Under the pieces are notes generated by a model. The model was given only the letters and a program-made list of their open reading frames with translations, did not search any database and was not told the DNA's origin. The position numbers and the translations under genes were made by a program. A DNA stretch of 64,000 nucleotides from Bacilli bacterium (GTDB lineage Bacteria; Bacillota_I; Bacilli_A; RFN20; CAG-826), in contig JAZQOV010000003.1 in NCBI GenBank assembly GCA_045628045.1, positions 64,001 to 128,000 on the forward strand, written 5' to 3'. Positions 9,614 through 18,823 of the stretch are shown here, piece after piece (positions within the stretch are counted from its first letter, which is position 1; each line of letters opens with the position of its first letter).

Positions 9614-11275
9614 TTATTTATCATCATCATCGTAGTATTGATCGTATTCGTCGTAATCGATTTCCTCTTCGGATTCATCGAAATCTTCGTCCTCGTAATA
9701 CTCTTCTTCCTCTTTTGCGAGTTCAGCAAGTTCTTCATCAGTGTAAATTGCCATTTGAGGTTTGACTTCATCAGTCTTAATTTCTTCATGTGCAACTTCT
9801 TCTTCTTCGATCTTGCGTGGACGTTTAGAAGTCTTTTGTGTAGCTTTGAAGTTTTCTTTTTCTTTCTCACTATCAAGAGCAGCTTCTAGAGCATCAATTG
9901 AGGTTGTTGTCTTAACAACAGTTGTTTTAACAACTGGTTTTTCTTCTGGAACTTCAACTGGTTTAACTTCTTCAACTGGAGTTTCAACTGGTTTAACTTC
10001 TTCAACCACTGGTTTAACTTCTTCATCAGTAATAACTTGTGGTTTATTCTTTTCAACACCGGCTTCTGTCTTAGTTGAAACAGCACGTTCTGATTTGATT
10101 TGTGAAAGATACTTCTCGTATTTTTCTTTTTGAATACGAAGTTTTTCTTCTTCTTGAATTGTTTCGATTGATTTAAGTTCAATTTCAACTTCGTCAGACA
10201 TGCTAACTTCTTTAATATCAATATGACAATCAGTTAACTTAGAAGCAACACGAACGTTTGCACCTTTTCTTCCGATTGCAAGTGATAATTGTCCATCTGG
10301 AACAATGGCAATTGCGTTCTTTTTGCCATTTTCATCGGTGTAGACACCGATTTTAAGAATTGTTGCTGGTCTTAATGCATCAATAATGAAAAGTGCATCA
10401 TTTGGAGAATATTGAATGATATCAATCTTTTCTTTATCTTTTGCGTTGCCAAGTTGAGCAACAATTTTTTGAATAGCAGAACCATTTGCACCAATACAGC
10501 ATGAAACTGGATCAACGTTCATATCATTGCTGTAAACAGCAAGTTTTGAACGAATACCTGCTTCACGAGCAAGGTTTTTAATAATTACAGTGCCATCATA
10601 AATTTCACGAACTTCTTCTTCAAAAAGTCTACGTAAAAATCCTGCATCGGCACGTGAAACACGAACCATTGGTGATTTTCCTGTTTCTGAACCTGTAACA
10701 CTGCTAACGTATAATCTAACTGGTTTTCCGGATTCCAACATTTCATCACCGATTAAGTCACGACGTGTTAAATAAAGTGAAGAACGACCAATGTTAACAA
10801 CTGCGCCTCTGTCATCACATTTTTCACAAATACCTGTAATCATTTCGCCAATTTTATCTTTGTATACTTCGTATAAAGACATCTTTTCGGCTTCTGCAAG
10901 TTTTTGTCTTAAAACTGATTTGACTGTTAAAGCAGTTAATCTAGCCATGTCATCTGGTGAAGTTTCTACAATGTATTCGTCACCAACAACATACTTTTTG
11001 CCTTTCTTTCCTTTGTTTGCGTCTTCAAGTGAGATTTCTAAAATATCATCTTCGACTTCTTCGACGATCTTACGAACATATTCCATTCTGATTTCAGCTG
11101 GTTGTTCAGTAATTGAAACTCTAATATCGACGCCTTCAACGATATAGCCATCACAGATTTGCTTTTCTAAAGCTTTTCTAAGAGCTTCTTTTAAGGCCTC
11201 AATAATTGCTTCTTTGCTAATTCCTTTTGCAGCAGCAATTTCATCAAGAGCTTCTAAGAATTTTGTTGCATCCAT
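9614..11275 (-). CDS. nusA: Transcription elongation factor NusA with long low-complexity/acidic C-terminal tail
   Basis: AREAGIRSKLAV, DPVSCCIG, LSLAIGRKGANVRVASKLT. Confidence 0.95.
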   Translation of the reverse strand: MDATKFLEALDEIAAAKGISKEAIIEALKEALRKALEKQICDGYIVEGVDIRVSITEQPAEIRMEYVRKIVEEVEDDILEISLEDANKGKKGKKYVVGDEYIVETSPDDMARLTALTVKSVLRQKLAEAEKMSLYEVYKDKIGEMITGICEKCDDRGAVVNIGRSSLYLTRRDLIGDEMLESGKPVRLYVSSVTGSETGKSPMVRVSRADAGFLRRLFEEEVREIYDGTVIIKNLAREAGIRSKLAVYSNDMNVDPVSCCIGANGSAIQKIVAQLGNAKDKEKIDIIQYSPNDALFIIDALRPATILKIGVYTDENGKKNAIAIVPDGQLSLAIGRKGANVRVASKLTDCHIDIKEVSMSDEVEIELKSIETIQEEEKLRIQKEKYEKYLSQIKSERAVSTKTEAGVEKNKPQVITDEEVKPVVEEVKPVETPVEEVKPVEVPEEKPVVKTTVVKTTTSIDALEAALDSEKEKENFKATQKTSKRPRKIEEEEVAHEEIKTDEVKPQMAIYTDEELAELAKEEEEYYEDEDFDESEEEIDYDEYDQYYDDDDK

Positions 11276-11289
11276 ATTTTTATTCTCCT

Positions 11290-11754
11290 TTAAAATTTGA
11301 TTGCAAGACGTGCTTTATCAATAACTTTTCTTTCAATTTCGCATTTGATAAGACGTGTTTTTTCTTTATAAGAAATGATGATTTTGTCATCATTAACACT
11401 TTCAAGAGTACCTTCAATAATATTTAATCCTTTATAAGGATTTGTGAGATGAATGTTAACATACTTATTAACATATTTCTCAAGACGAGCGACATCTATT
11501 TTCTTTTCTGCACCAAATGTTGTGACATCAAGAACATAATTTGTCTTAATTAAATCAGCTTCATCAAGTATTGGGGAAATAAGATCATTGACCTTCATGA
11601 TTTTATCAAGATCAATTGGCTCATCATCCTTATCTACCATTACTCTAAGGTAATTTGTGCCAAATTCATTAACGTATTTGACATCAATTTCAGAGTAGCC
11701 TAAAGCCTTTAAAGGCTTTTCAATAAGGTTTTTGACTGTACTTTCAAGTGTCAT
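11290..11754 (-). CDS. rimP: Ribosome maturation factor RimP
   Basis: LRVMVDK...ISPILD...YVLDVTTFG...KARL; first gene of the nusA operon. Confidence 0.9.
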   Translation of the reverse strand: MTLESTVKNLIEKPLKALGYSEIDVKYVNEFGTNYLRVMVDKDDEPIDLDKIMKVNDLISPILDEADLIKTNYVLDVTTFGAEKKIDVARLEKYVNKYVNIHLTNPYKGLNIIEGTLESVNDDKIIISYKEKTRLIKCEIERKVIDKARLAIKF

Positions 11755-11774
11755 TTAAGTCTCCTTAATAAACT

Positions 11775-11798
11775 AAAGAGTGGCAACCTGCCACTCTT
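11775..11798 (-). promoter_or_regulatory. rimP leader hairpin / attenuator
   Basis: AAGAGTGGCA-GGT-TGCCACTCTTT just before the rimP RBS, like the conserved Firmicutes rimP(ylxS) leader. Confidence 0.6.
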
Positions 11799-12017
11799 AA
11801 TCTTAAGAGTTACTCAGCAAACTGAGCATAATTAATATACATTAATAGATTTTGTGTTGCAACTATTTTATTGTAAAAGACCACAAAAATTGCGATAAAA
11901 ATTGCTCTTATTTATCAAAATATTTAAAAATTTTGATGGAAAAAGTTTATATTAACTTGCATAAATTAGAATATTTATTTATAATTTATCTCGCTTTTAT
12001 TAAAGGAGATTAACAAA

Positions 12018-12467
12018 ATGCGTAAATTCTTATTACCAATTATTAACTTAGTTAATGTTATTCTTGTATCAATTACATTTGGTCTTGCAAATAATCCAGG
12101 CGCAACTGATCCAGCAATGCATGATGCTGCACTTCCAAACTTCTATAACTTAGTTTGGGGTCACCAAGAAGTCACAAACATCTATGGTATTGTTGCATTC
12201 TTCTTATTTGTTGTTGCAGTTGCATTAACAGTTATTTGCTTCATTCCAGGTAAAGCACGTAAAGTTCTCGTTGCATTAACTGGACTTATGTACATTGGAG
12301 CAGGTGTCTTATTCTTACTCACCCCAGCACATTATTGCTATGGAAACGCTGAAACAGTTCTTGAACTCTCAGGTTCATTAATTGCAATGGCAGTCTTAGT
12401 ATTTGTTGCTGGCGCATTAAGCTTATTAATGTGTGTTGTTGAATCAACAGAAAAGAAAGCTAAATAA
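12018..12467 (+). CDS. Hypothetical membrane protein (4 TM)
   Basis: AAGGAG RBS, four hydrophobic segments, downstream terminator. Confidence 0.75.
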   Translation: MRKFLLPIINLVNVILVSITFGLANNPGATDPAMHDAALPNFYNLVWGHQEVTNIYGIVAFFLFVVAVALTVICFIPGKARKVLVALTGLMYIGAGVLFLLTPAHYCYGNAETVLELSGSLIAMAVLVFVAGALSLLMCVVESTEKKAK

Positions 12468-12485
12468 TTTATTATTTAAAAATAG

Positions 12486-12513
12486 AAAAGCTTCTCACTC
12501 GAGAAGCTTTTTT
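12486..12513. terminator. Bidirectional intrinsic terminator
   Basis: AAAAGCTTCTC-ACTC-GAGAAGCTTTT between convergent genes. Confidence 0.8.
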
Positions 12514-12514
12514 C

Positions 12515-12769
12515 TTATTTACTAGCGTTGTGCGCTTCGCGTACAGCGCACGCTAACTGATCTGCACACGAAGTATTCTTGTAACCGCATGTATTTCCTT
12601 TTAATATAGACTCTATTTTATCAACGCTCATTCCCTCAACAAGTTTAGAGATAGCTTTAAGGTTTCCATTGCATCCTCCAAGGAAACTAACATTTGTGAT
12701 GATGTCATTTTCAATATCAAATTCTATTTGTTGAGAACAAGTGCCTTGGCAACGATATTTATAATGCAT
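12515..12769 (-). CDS. TSCPD-domain protein (TIGR03905 family)
   Basis: GTCS...GGCNGNL...CGYKNTSCADQL. Confidence 0.85.
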   Translation of the reverse strand: MHYKYRCQGTCSQQIEFDIENDIITNVSFLGGCNGNLKAISKLVEGMSVDKIESILKGNTCGYKNTSCADQLACAVREAHNASK

Positions 12770-13346
12770 GTTTATTACTCCTTGTCATTACCTTTCTTAA
12801 TTTGTCTATTGTTGGAGTTAAAAACGCAGTAATAGAAAACTCAAAAACAAAGTTCCAACCAATAACAAATAAAAATATAAATTTCATTATTTCAACAGAA
12901 TTTTCATTTAATGCTTTTATAGCATCTATCATTACAGTAAAAGCTCCAAGCGCAAATAAAGCAGTATTAATAACTGGAACAATGATAGATGCAACAATTG
13001 AAGCAATAAAAGTATTCTTTTTTGAGATTGCCTTATAACAATATCCTGCAACTAAACCAGCAATACTTGTTTTTAATAAACAAGTCAATAATGTACCTAA
13101 AGGTGCATTTGCAAAGAAAATAGATTGAGTTGAAGGAGATAACAAAACAACAAATCCGTTTGCAAAACCTAGAATTAAACCAGCAAATGGTCCGTATACA
13201 ATCGCGCCCAAAGCAATCGGAATCAATGATAGGTTAATATTTACTCCACCAGGAAAACTAATCAAATTTCCAACTACTTGAAGAATGATTTCAATTGCCA
13301 TTAATATGGCAATGCCAGTTATTTTTCTTACATCAGTGTTCTTCAT
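12759..13346 (-). CDS. ECF transporter S component
   Basis: Hydrophobic 195 aa; LSLIPIALGAIVYGPFAG motif. Confidence 0.8.
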   Translation of the reverse strand: MKNTDVRKITGIAILMAIEIILQVVGNLISFPGGVNINLSLIPIALGAIVYGPFAGLILGFANGFVVLLSPSTQSIFFANAPLGTLLTCLLKTSIAGLVAGYCYKAISKKNTFIASIVASIIVPVINTALFALGAFTVMIDAIKALNENSVEIMKFIFLFVIGWNFVFEFSITAFLTPTIDKLRKVMTRSNKHAL

Positions 13347-14383
13347 TAATCTTCATCATTCTCGTCGTGAATTTCTCCAACGAGTTCCTCTAAAATATCT
13401 TCCATTGTAACAATGCCAACGACTTTATTCTCATCTTTAACAATTGCTAAATGTTGATGACTACTCTGTAGTTTCTTAAAAAGTCTTGAAATTTTATGAC
13501 CTGGTTTAGTGATAACAATATCGGTCATAATTATTTTGCTAAGATCTTTTTCACCTTTAACCATAAATTCAAAAAGATCTTTTTGGTGAACAATTCCATA
13601 TGCTGAGTCTAATTTGTTTGTTTTACAAACAACCATACGAGATCTATTAGTCTCTACAAATATTCTACATAATTGTTCTGGAGTTATATTTCCTTTAACA
13701 TGATCAACGTTTTTCGCACTAATCATAATGTCTTCAACTTTTGTATCACCATATTCTATGGTGTTTTGAATAATATCTTCTTCAATATCGTTTAAAACAC
13801 GAGCTTCGTTCATGTCTTCAACAAGCATTGAGAATTCTTCTTCAGTATAAGGAACATCATCCTTCTCAACATGAACAATTTTCTTAATGATCTTTTGTGC
13901 TCCTGCAAGAATCATGACAATTGGGAAGAAAATGTAGTAGAAAAAATAAAGTAAATGAACATTAAGTTTAGCGAAAAATTCTGGTTGTTGTTTACCTAAA
14001 GATTTCGGGGTTACTTCTCCTAAAATAAGAACAACTATTGTAATAACAATAGTAGCGAGAAGAGGACCCATTTCATCATAATATTTCACAAACACTACAG
14101 TAGCTAAAGAAGATGCTGCAATGTTAACTAAGTTATTACCAATTAAAATTGTTGAAATTAAGCGGTCATAATTCTCGCTTATTTTCATAACAAGTCTTGC
14201 TCTTTTATTTGTCTTCGCATGGTTTTCAATTCTAATTTTATTTAAGGAAGTAAATGCAGTTTCACTTAAAGAAAAGAATGCAGAAAGAGCAAGTAAGAAT
14301 AATAAGATGATTATGGCTATCCAAATAAAGAACGGTTTATCACTAAGTGAAGAATAAACTAAATAACAGGGATGAGTGTTCAT
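13346..14383 (-). CDS. CNNM/CBS-domain protein (HlyC/CorC family)
   Basis: SAFFSLSETAF, ILIGNNLVNI, GEVTPK, GIVTMEDILEELVGEI. Confidence 0.9.
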   Translation of the reverse strand: MNTHPCYLVYSSLSDKPFFIWIAIIILLFLLALSAFFSLSETAFTSLNKIRIENHAKTNKRARLVMKISENYDRLISTILIGNNLVNIAASSLATVVFVKYYDEMGPLLATIVITIVVLILGEVTPKSLGKQQPEFFAKLNVHLLYFFYYIFFPIVMILAGAQKIIKKIVHVEKDDVPYTEEEFSMLVEDMNEARVLNDIEEDIIQNTIEYGDTKVEDIMISAKNVDHVKGNITPEQLCRIFVETNRSRMVVCKTNKLDSAYGIVHQKDLFEFMVKGEKDLSKIIMTDIVITKPGHKISRLFKKLQSSHQHLAIVKDENKVVGIVTMEDILEELVGEIHDENDED

Positions 14384-14539
14384 ATTCTGTGATTATTTTA
14401 AATGATTTTTGTTATATTTTGTAGTGATTTTTTTAATAATCACTAATTTAAATGTAAAAAAAGAGATTCTGCTTATTTCATTATAAGTAGAATCCCTATT
14501 TGAGATTGTAATTCATTTTAATTTCCTTTTTCTCTTCAA

Positions 14540-14674
14540 TTAGAAGAATAATAATGCTTCATCAAAACCGGCATCAACGTTGTTAACATCTGTGACAAAT
14601 TCATCAGAGTTAATATTTTCAATTAAGTTTTCTTTACGAATCTCAAATTCTTCATCGTCATAGAATTTGAACAT
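14540..14674 (-). CDS. Unannotated 44-aa acidic small protein
   Basis: AAAGGAG RBS then MFKFYDDEEFEIRKENLIENINSDEFVTDVNNVDAGFDEALLFF*; own putative promoter and downstream terminator. Confidence 0.55.
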   Translation of the reverse strand: MFKFYDDEEFEIRKENLIENINSDEFVTDVNNVDAGFDEALLFF

Positions 14675-14839
14675 TTTGAATTTCTCCTTTCTTTTTTATA
14701 AAAAATCCCACAATTTAGGGGAGGGCCGGGGTTTAATTCCTTATCGGGTTTATAAGAAATTTTGAGGTATAGTTTATGCTTTGGAAAAATTATTGCAAGA
14801 AAAAAATGTAAAAATTTTCTGAAAGCAGTTCCAAAATAT

Positions 14840-14865
14840 AAAAAAACCGTACAAATGTACGGTTT
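14840..14865 (-). terminator. Intrinsic terminator after the AcnX/enoate reductase operon
   Basis: AAACCGTACA/TGTACGGTTT stem with U-tract on the minus strand. Confidence 0.75.
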
Positions 14866-14884
14866 AATTTTAGAAAATTTTTAA

Positions 14885-16954
14885 TTAAATTTTCATTGCG
14901 ACATCCCATGCGCGCCAGATAACTGTACGTAAATTACCTACTGAATTACAGTCACCAACGAGATGGACGTGTCTACCTTTTTCAAATGCTGGGGTTGGTT
15001 TATAACCAATTGAAGCAACGACAGCACTTCCTTTAATCTTAAATTCTTTGCCATCTTTACCAACTGCGATAACTCCATCATCCAAAACTTCTTTAACACC
15101 AGTTTCAAGATAAACTGGAGTCTTCTTAAATTCGAAATAATCTCTTAAGAAGGATGAGTTTGCCAAGCAAACGCCACGAACAGCAATTAAATCATTCTTC
15201 ATTTCAATAATTGTTGGATGTTTACCTGCAAGTTCAAGATCATAAGCAATTTCACAACCAGTTAAGCCACCACCAATAATAATTGGGTTATCGCCAACTT
15301 TGTTGTTGCCATTGAGGTAATCAACAGCACCAATTACCTTTTCTCCGCCTTTAACTCTGAGAGTATTTGCAAGAGCACCAGTTGCAACAACAATTTCGTC
15401 AAATTTGCCTTCTTTTGCTACGCAACCTGGGCATTTAATTTCTTTACCAAAGACGACTTTAATTGCATCGTATTTCTTAATTTCACGTTTGTACCATTCA
15501 ATTAATCTACGATCGCTTTCTTTGAAAGTAGGAGCTGCTGCTGCAATAAAGACACCACCAAGTTCCTTACCTTTTTCAAAGATTGTTACTTTGTGCCCAC
15601 GTTTTGCAAGAACTAAAGCAGTTTCCATACCACCAATACCGCCGCCAACTACAGCAACATTCTTTGCTTTTTTGGTTGGAGTAATGTGATATTTACCACT
15701 TTGCATTGTTTCTGGATTTAAAGCACATCTTGCCATGTGAATTGCATCACCAAGAGCTTGATCATTTGCAACGCCTTTGTAGTGACACATATTAAAACAG
15801 CCGTTATGACATTGAATACATGGCTTAATATCTTCTGGTTTACCCTTCATTAACTTAGTTACCCATTCTGGGTCAACAAGGAATTGACGAGCAACGCCCA
15901 TACCATCAAGTTTGCCTGCTTTAATTGAATCTGCAGCAACATCTGCATCCATGTTACCAGCACAAACTACTGGAATATCAACGAATTTCTTGATGTGTTC
16001 AACATCTTTAAGGTTAACGTTACGTCCGATGTATCCTGGTGGGTGAGCCCAATACCAAGCATCATAAGTTCCGTTATCACAGTTGAGCATGTCATAGCCT
16101 GCATCTTGAAGGTATTTTGCAGCCTTTTCAGATTCAGCCATATCACGACCAACTTCAACATAATCTTCACCTGGAACAGCGCCTTTTCCGAAACCTTTGG
16201 TTTTGGAAACTACTGAATAACGAAGTGAAACTGGGAAGTCTTCACCACAAGCTTTTTTAATAGCCTTAACAATTTCAACTGGGAAACGATATCTATTTTC
16301 AAAGCTACCACCCCATTTATCTTTTCTGAGGTTTGAATACTTCATTGTGAATTGGTCAAGAAGGTAGCCTTCATGAACAGCGTGAACTTCAACACCATCA
16401 ACGCCAGCATCTTTACAAAGTTTTGCAGTCTTAGCAAATCCTTCGATAAGTTGTTCAATTTGTTTTTCGGTTAATGGTTTTGTTGTAACGTCTTCAGCCC
16501 ATCTATTTGGAGTTGCTGAAGGAGCTGCGTTAATCCAATTCATGTTAAAAATTGGTTTCATAACTGCACCTAAAACTTTGTTTGTGCAGCATTTTGCCAT
16601 AAGTGAATTAAGTGCCATTGAACGGCCAAATCCACCAGTTAATTGAACGAACAATTTTGCACCTGTTTTGTGAACTTCGTCCATAAAGACCTTAAGGTCT
16701 TTGTACATCTTCTTATTTGAATATAACCAACCACCCATCATTGGGTTTTTAATTGGAGCAATACCTGGGAGAATTAATCCAACGTTGTTTTTACATCTCT
16801 CTAAAATGAATTTTGCAGCTTCCTTATCAAAGTGAGCTGGTTCCATCCATCCAAAAAGTGATGTTCCACCCATGGAAGTCATAACAATTCTATTACGAAT
16901 TTCAACATCACGAATCTTCCAAGGAGTAAATAATGGTTCTAATTTCTTTTCCAT
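14885..16954 (-). CDS. NADH:flavin oxidoreductase, 2-enoate reductase-like (OYE + 4Fe-4S + FAD)
   Basis: HAVHEGYLLDQF, GGSFENRYRF, CIQCHNGC..C, GGGIGG, GGGLTGCE. Confidence 0.88.
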   Translation of the reverse strand: MEKKLEPLFTPWKIRDVEIRNRIVMTSMGGTSLFGWMEPAHFDKEAAKFILERCKNNVGLILPGIAPIKNPMMGGWLYSNKKMYKDLKVFMDEVHKTGAKLFVQLTGGFGRSMALNSLMAKCCTNKVLGAVMKPIFNMNWINAAPSATPNRWAEDVTTKPLTEKQIEQLIEGFAKTAKLCKDAGVDGVEVHAVHEGYLLDQFTMKYSNLRKDKWGGSFENRYRFPVEIVKAIKKACGEDFPVSLRYSVVSKTKGFGKGAVPGEDYVEVGRDMAESEKAAKYLQDAGYDMLNCDNGTYDAWYWAHPPGYIGRNVNLKDVEHIKKFVDIPVVCAGNMDADVAADSIKAGKLDGMGVARQFLVDPEWVTKLMKGKPEDIKPCIQCHNGCFNMCHYKGVANDQALGDAIHMARCALNPETMQSGKYHITPTKKAKNVAVVGGGIGGMETALVLAKRGHKVTIFEKGKELGGVFIAAAAPTFKESDRRLIEWYKREIKKYDAIKVVFGKEIKCPGCVAKEGKFDEIVVATGALANTLRVKGGEKVIGAVDYLNGNNKVGDNPIIIGGGLTGCEIAYDLELAGKHPTIIEMKNDLIAVRGVCLANSSFLRDYFEFKKTPVYLETGVKEVLDDGVIAVGKDGKEFKIKGSAVVASIGYKPTPAFEKGRHVHLVGDCNSVGNLRTVIWRAWDVAMKI

Positions 16955-16971
16955 TTAGAAATCTCCTTTAA

Positions 16972-17412
16972 TTAATAAACGATAACAGTTCCGTCTTCTT
17001 TAACTTCAACTTGTCCACCTGTTTTTGCGGCTTCTAAAATTTCTTTGCCAAGACGGTCAATGACAATAATGTCACTGCCTTCCCAAACAGTTGATAAGAC
17101 AGCACCTGCTGCTGCAAGTGAATCTATAGATTCACTAAATAACATACATGCTGGGTTAATCTTCATTGAACAAATAACTTGAAGAACCATTCCACCTGTA
17201 GTTGAACCAATTGTTTGAGGAAGTATTAAGGCAATACCTGTAATGTTTTTGCCATATAAATCTGGGTTATTTTGGTCACCAGCGATAACATGCTTTGCAT
17301 GTTTAATTGCAGAGCCTTGGAATGTTGCGAGTGTATTTAAACCACCATGGCTAACAACACATTCGCCTTTATAATGTCCGCCTGCTAAGACACGACCTTT
17401 GAATTCTTTCAT
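16972..17412 (-). CDS. Aconitase X swiveling-domain subunit (DUF126)
   Basis: DLYGKNITG.ALILPQTIGSTTG, PACMLF; adjacent to DUF521 gene. Confidence 0.8.
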   Translation of the reverse strand: MKEFKGRVLAGGHYKGECVVSHGGLNTLATFQGSAIKHAKHVIAGDQNNPDLYGKNITGIALILPQTIGSTTGGMVLQVICSMKINPACMLFSESIDSLAAAGAVLSTVWEGSDIIVIDRLGKEILEAAKTGGQVEVKEDGTVIVY

Positions 17413-17425
17413 CTTGTGTGTCCTC

Positions 17426-18715
17426 CTATTTTGTACCTACAATCTTTTCAACAAGTTGATCAGTTGTGTAATATCTTGCTAAAGTGTAGGTTCTAAGTTT
17501 ATTAGAAGCAGTCATAATTCTGCGTTTCTTTGTAAGTGGGTTATTTGAGTACATTAAAGGACAAATACATGTGAGTTTTGCGCCTGTTAACATAAGTTTT
17601 TGATAATTTTCAGTCTTCATGAATGCTTCTTTGACTGCTGGAGCTGTACAAAGAATTGTACGAACTGCAACTTTCTTTTTACCAGCTTTTGCTAAAGCAG
17701 TAACAAGTCTTTCGGTCCATTCATTAAGTTGTTTAAGTGAAAGGTGTGGACATCCGATGAAGGCAAGATTTCCTTCTTTATCTTTGTCTTTCCACATAAT
17801 TGGATAGTTTTTATAAACTCTTTCAAGTTCAGCATCATCAATGACGTATTCTTTATAGCCTTTGGCTAAAAGTTTTTCGCCTTGTTCTTTTGCTTCTGGT
17901 GTTACCTTATCAATATGATAAAGTCCAACAGCACCGTTTGATGCAGTTGCAGCACCAAAATCTTTTAAGAATCCTGTTGCGTCATCATTGAGTTCTGTGC
18001 CAATCCATTTATCAAGACCAACAACATAAGGAACTTCTTCCATAACTTTCATACCAATGGCAGAGCCAAGCACTTGAGCTTCTGGCATTTTTGTAAGTTT
18101 AAGTGTTATTTTCCAAGTTGCCTTACGTCCTTCATCTGTAAGTAAACCGAATTTTGGAACAAATCCAATAATTGATCCGAAGATATCAATCATGCCTGAG
18201 TTACGGTTACATCTTGCGCCTAAAACTGAGTTGGCGTAGTTAACCGCACTTGATTCAGCCCATGAAAGGACGTCACCTTTCGTTGGGATATTTCCTATTT
18301 CTTTGAAATAGCAAGCACATGAGAATGGATCATTTTGAAGCATTCCTAACTTGGTTAATCTTTCTTCATATTGTTTTTGTTTGCCATACATGACAATATC
18401 AAATACAGCTTTTTCAAGTAAATTACATTTAACGTTTTTGTAATCTACAGGACGTGGATCCATAGTGAATCCATCTTTGACTTTAAGTCCAGCATCAATC
18501 ATTTCATCACAAATTCTGAAAACTGGTTTCAATAGACCCATTCCGAATGATGTGACTAAGTGTCCACAGCCGTGTGTGACAGGGACAAGTTCAGGTGCGT
18601 CAAAAATGTCGCCATAGCGAACTAATGTTTCCATTATTTTTGCTTTGGTTTCACCTTGCTCACCTTTGAGGATACTAAGTTGTTCCTCGGTTAGCTTCAT
18701 TTTTGGTGTGTACAT
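17426..18715 (-). CDS. Aconitase X catalytic subunit (DUF521)
   Basis: WAESSAVNYANSVLGARCNR, GAATASNGAVGLYH, GCPHLS, CICP, TASNK. Confidence 0.85.
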   Translation of the reverse strand: MYTPKMKLTEEQLSILKGEQGETKAKIMETLVRYGDIFDAPELVPVTHGCGHLVTSFGMGLLKPVFRICDEMIDAGLKVKDGFTMDPRPVDYKNVKCNLLEKAVFDIVMYGKQKQYEERLTKLGMLQNDPFSCACYFKEIGNIPTKGDVLSWAESSAVNYANSVLGARCNRNSGMIDIFGSIIGFVPKFGLLTDEGRKATWKITLKLTKMPEAQVLGSAIGMKVMEEVPYVVGLDKWIGTELNDDATGFLKDFGAATASNGAVGLYHIDKVTPEAKEQGEKLLAKGYKEYVIDDAELERVYKNYPIMWKDKDKEGNLAFIGCPHLSLKQLNEWTERLVTALAKAGKKKVAVRTILCTAPAVKEAFMKTENYQKLMLTGAKLTCICPLMYSNNPLTKKRRIMTASNKLRTYTLARYYTTDQLVEKIVGTK

Positions 18716-18823
18716 ATAATTCTCCCTTGCGATATATGTAAGTTGTTTATATTATACACTTTATTCTATTTAATAGAATTAAAATGTATGAAAAAAGGTG
18801 CTTATTTCTTGCACCTTATTTCT

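Noticed and set aside
9607-10221. Several overlapping ORFs in the nusA 3' region
   Set aside because: Alternative-frame artefacts of low-complexity Glu/Lys/Val/Thr coding sequence.
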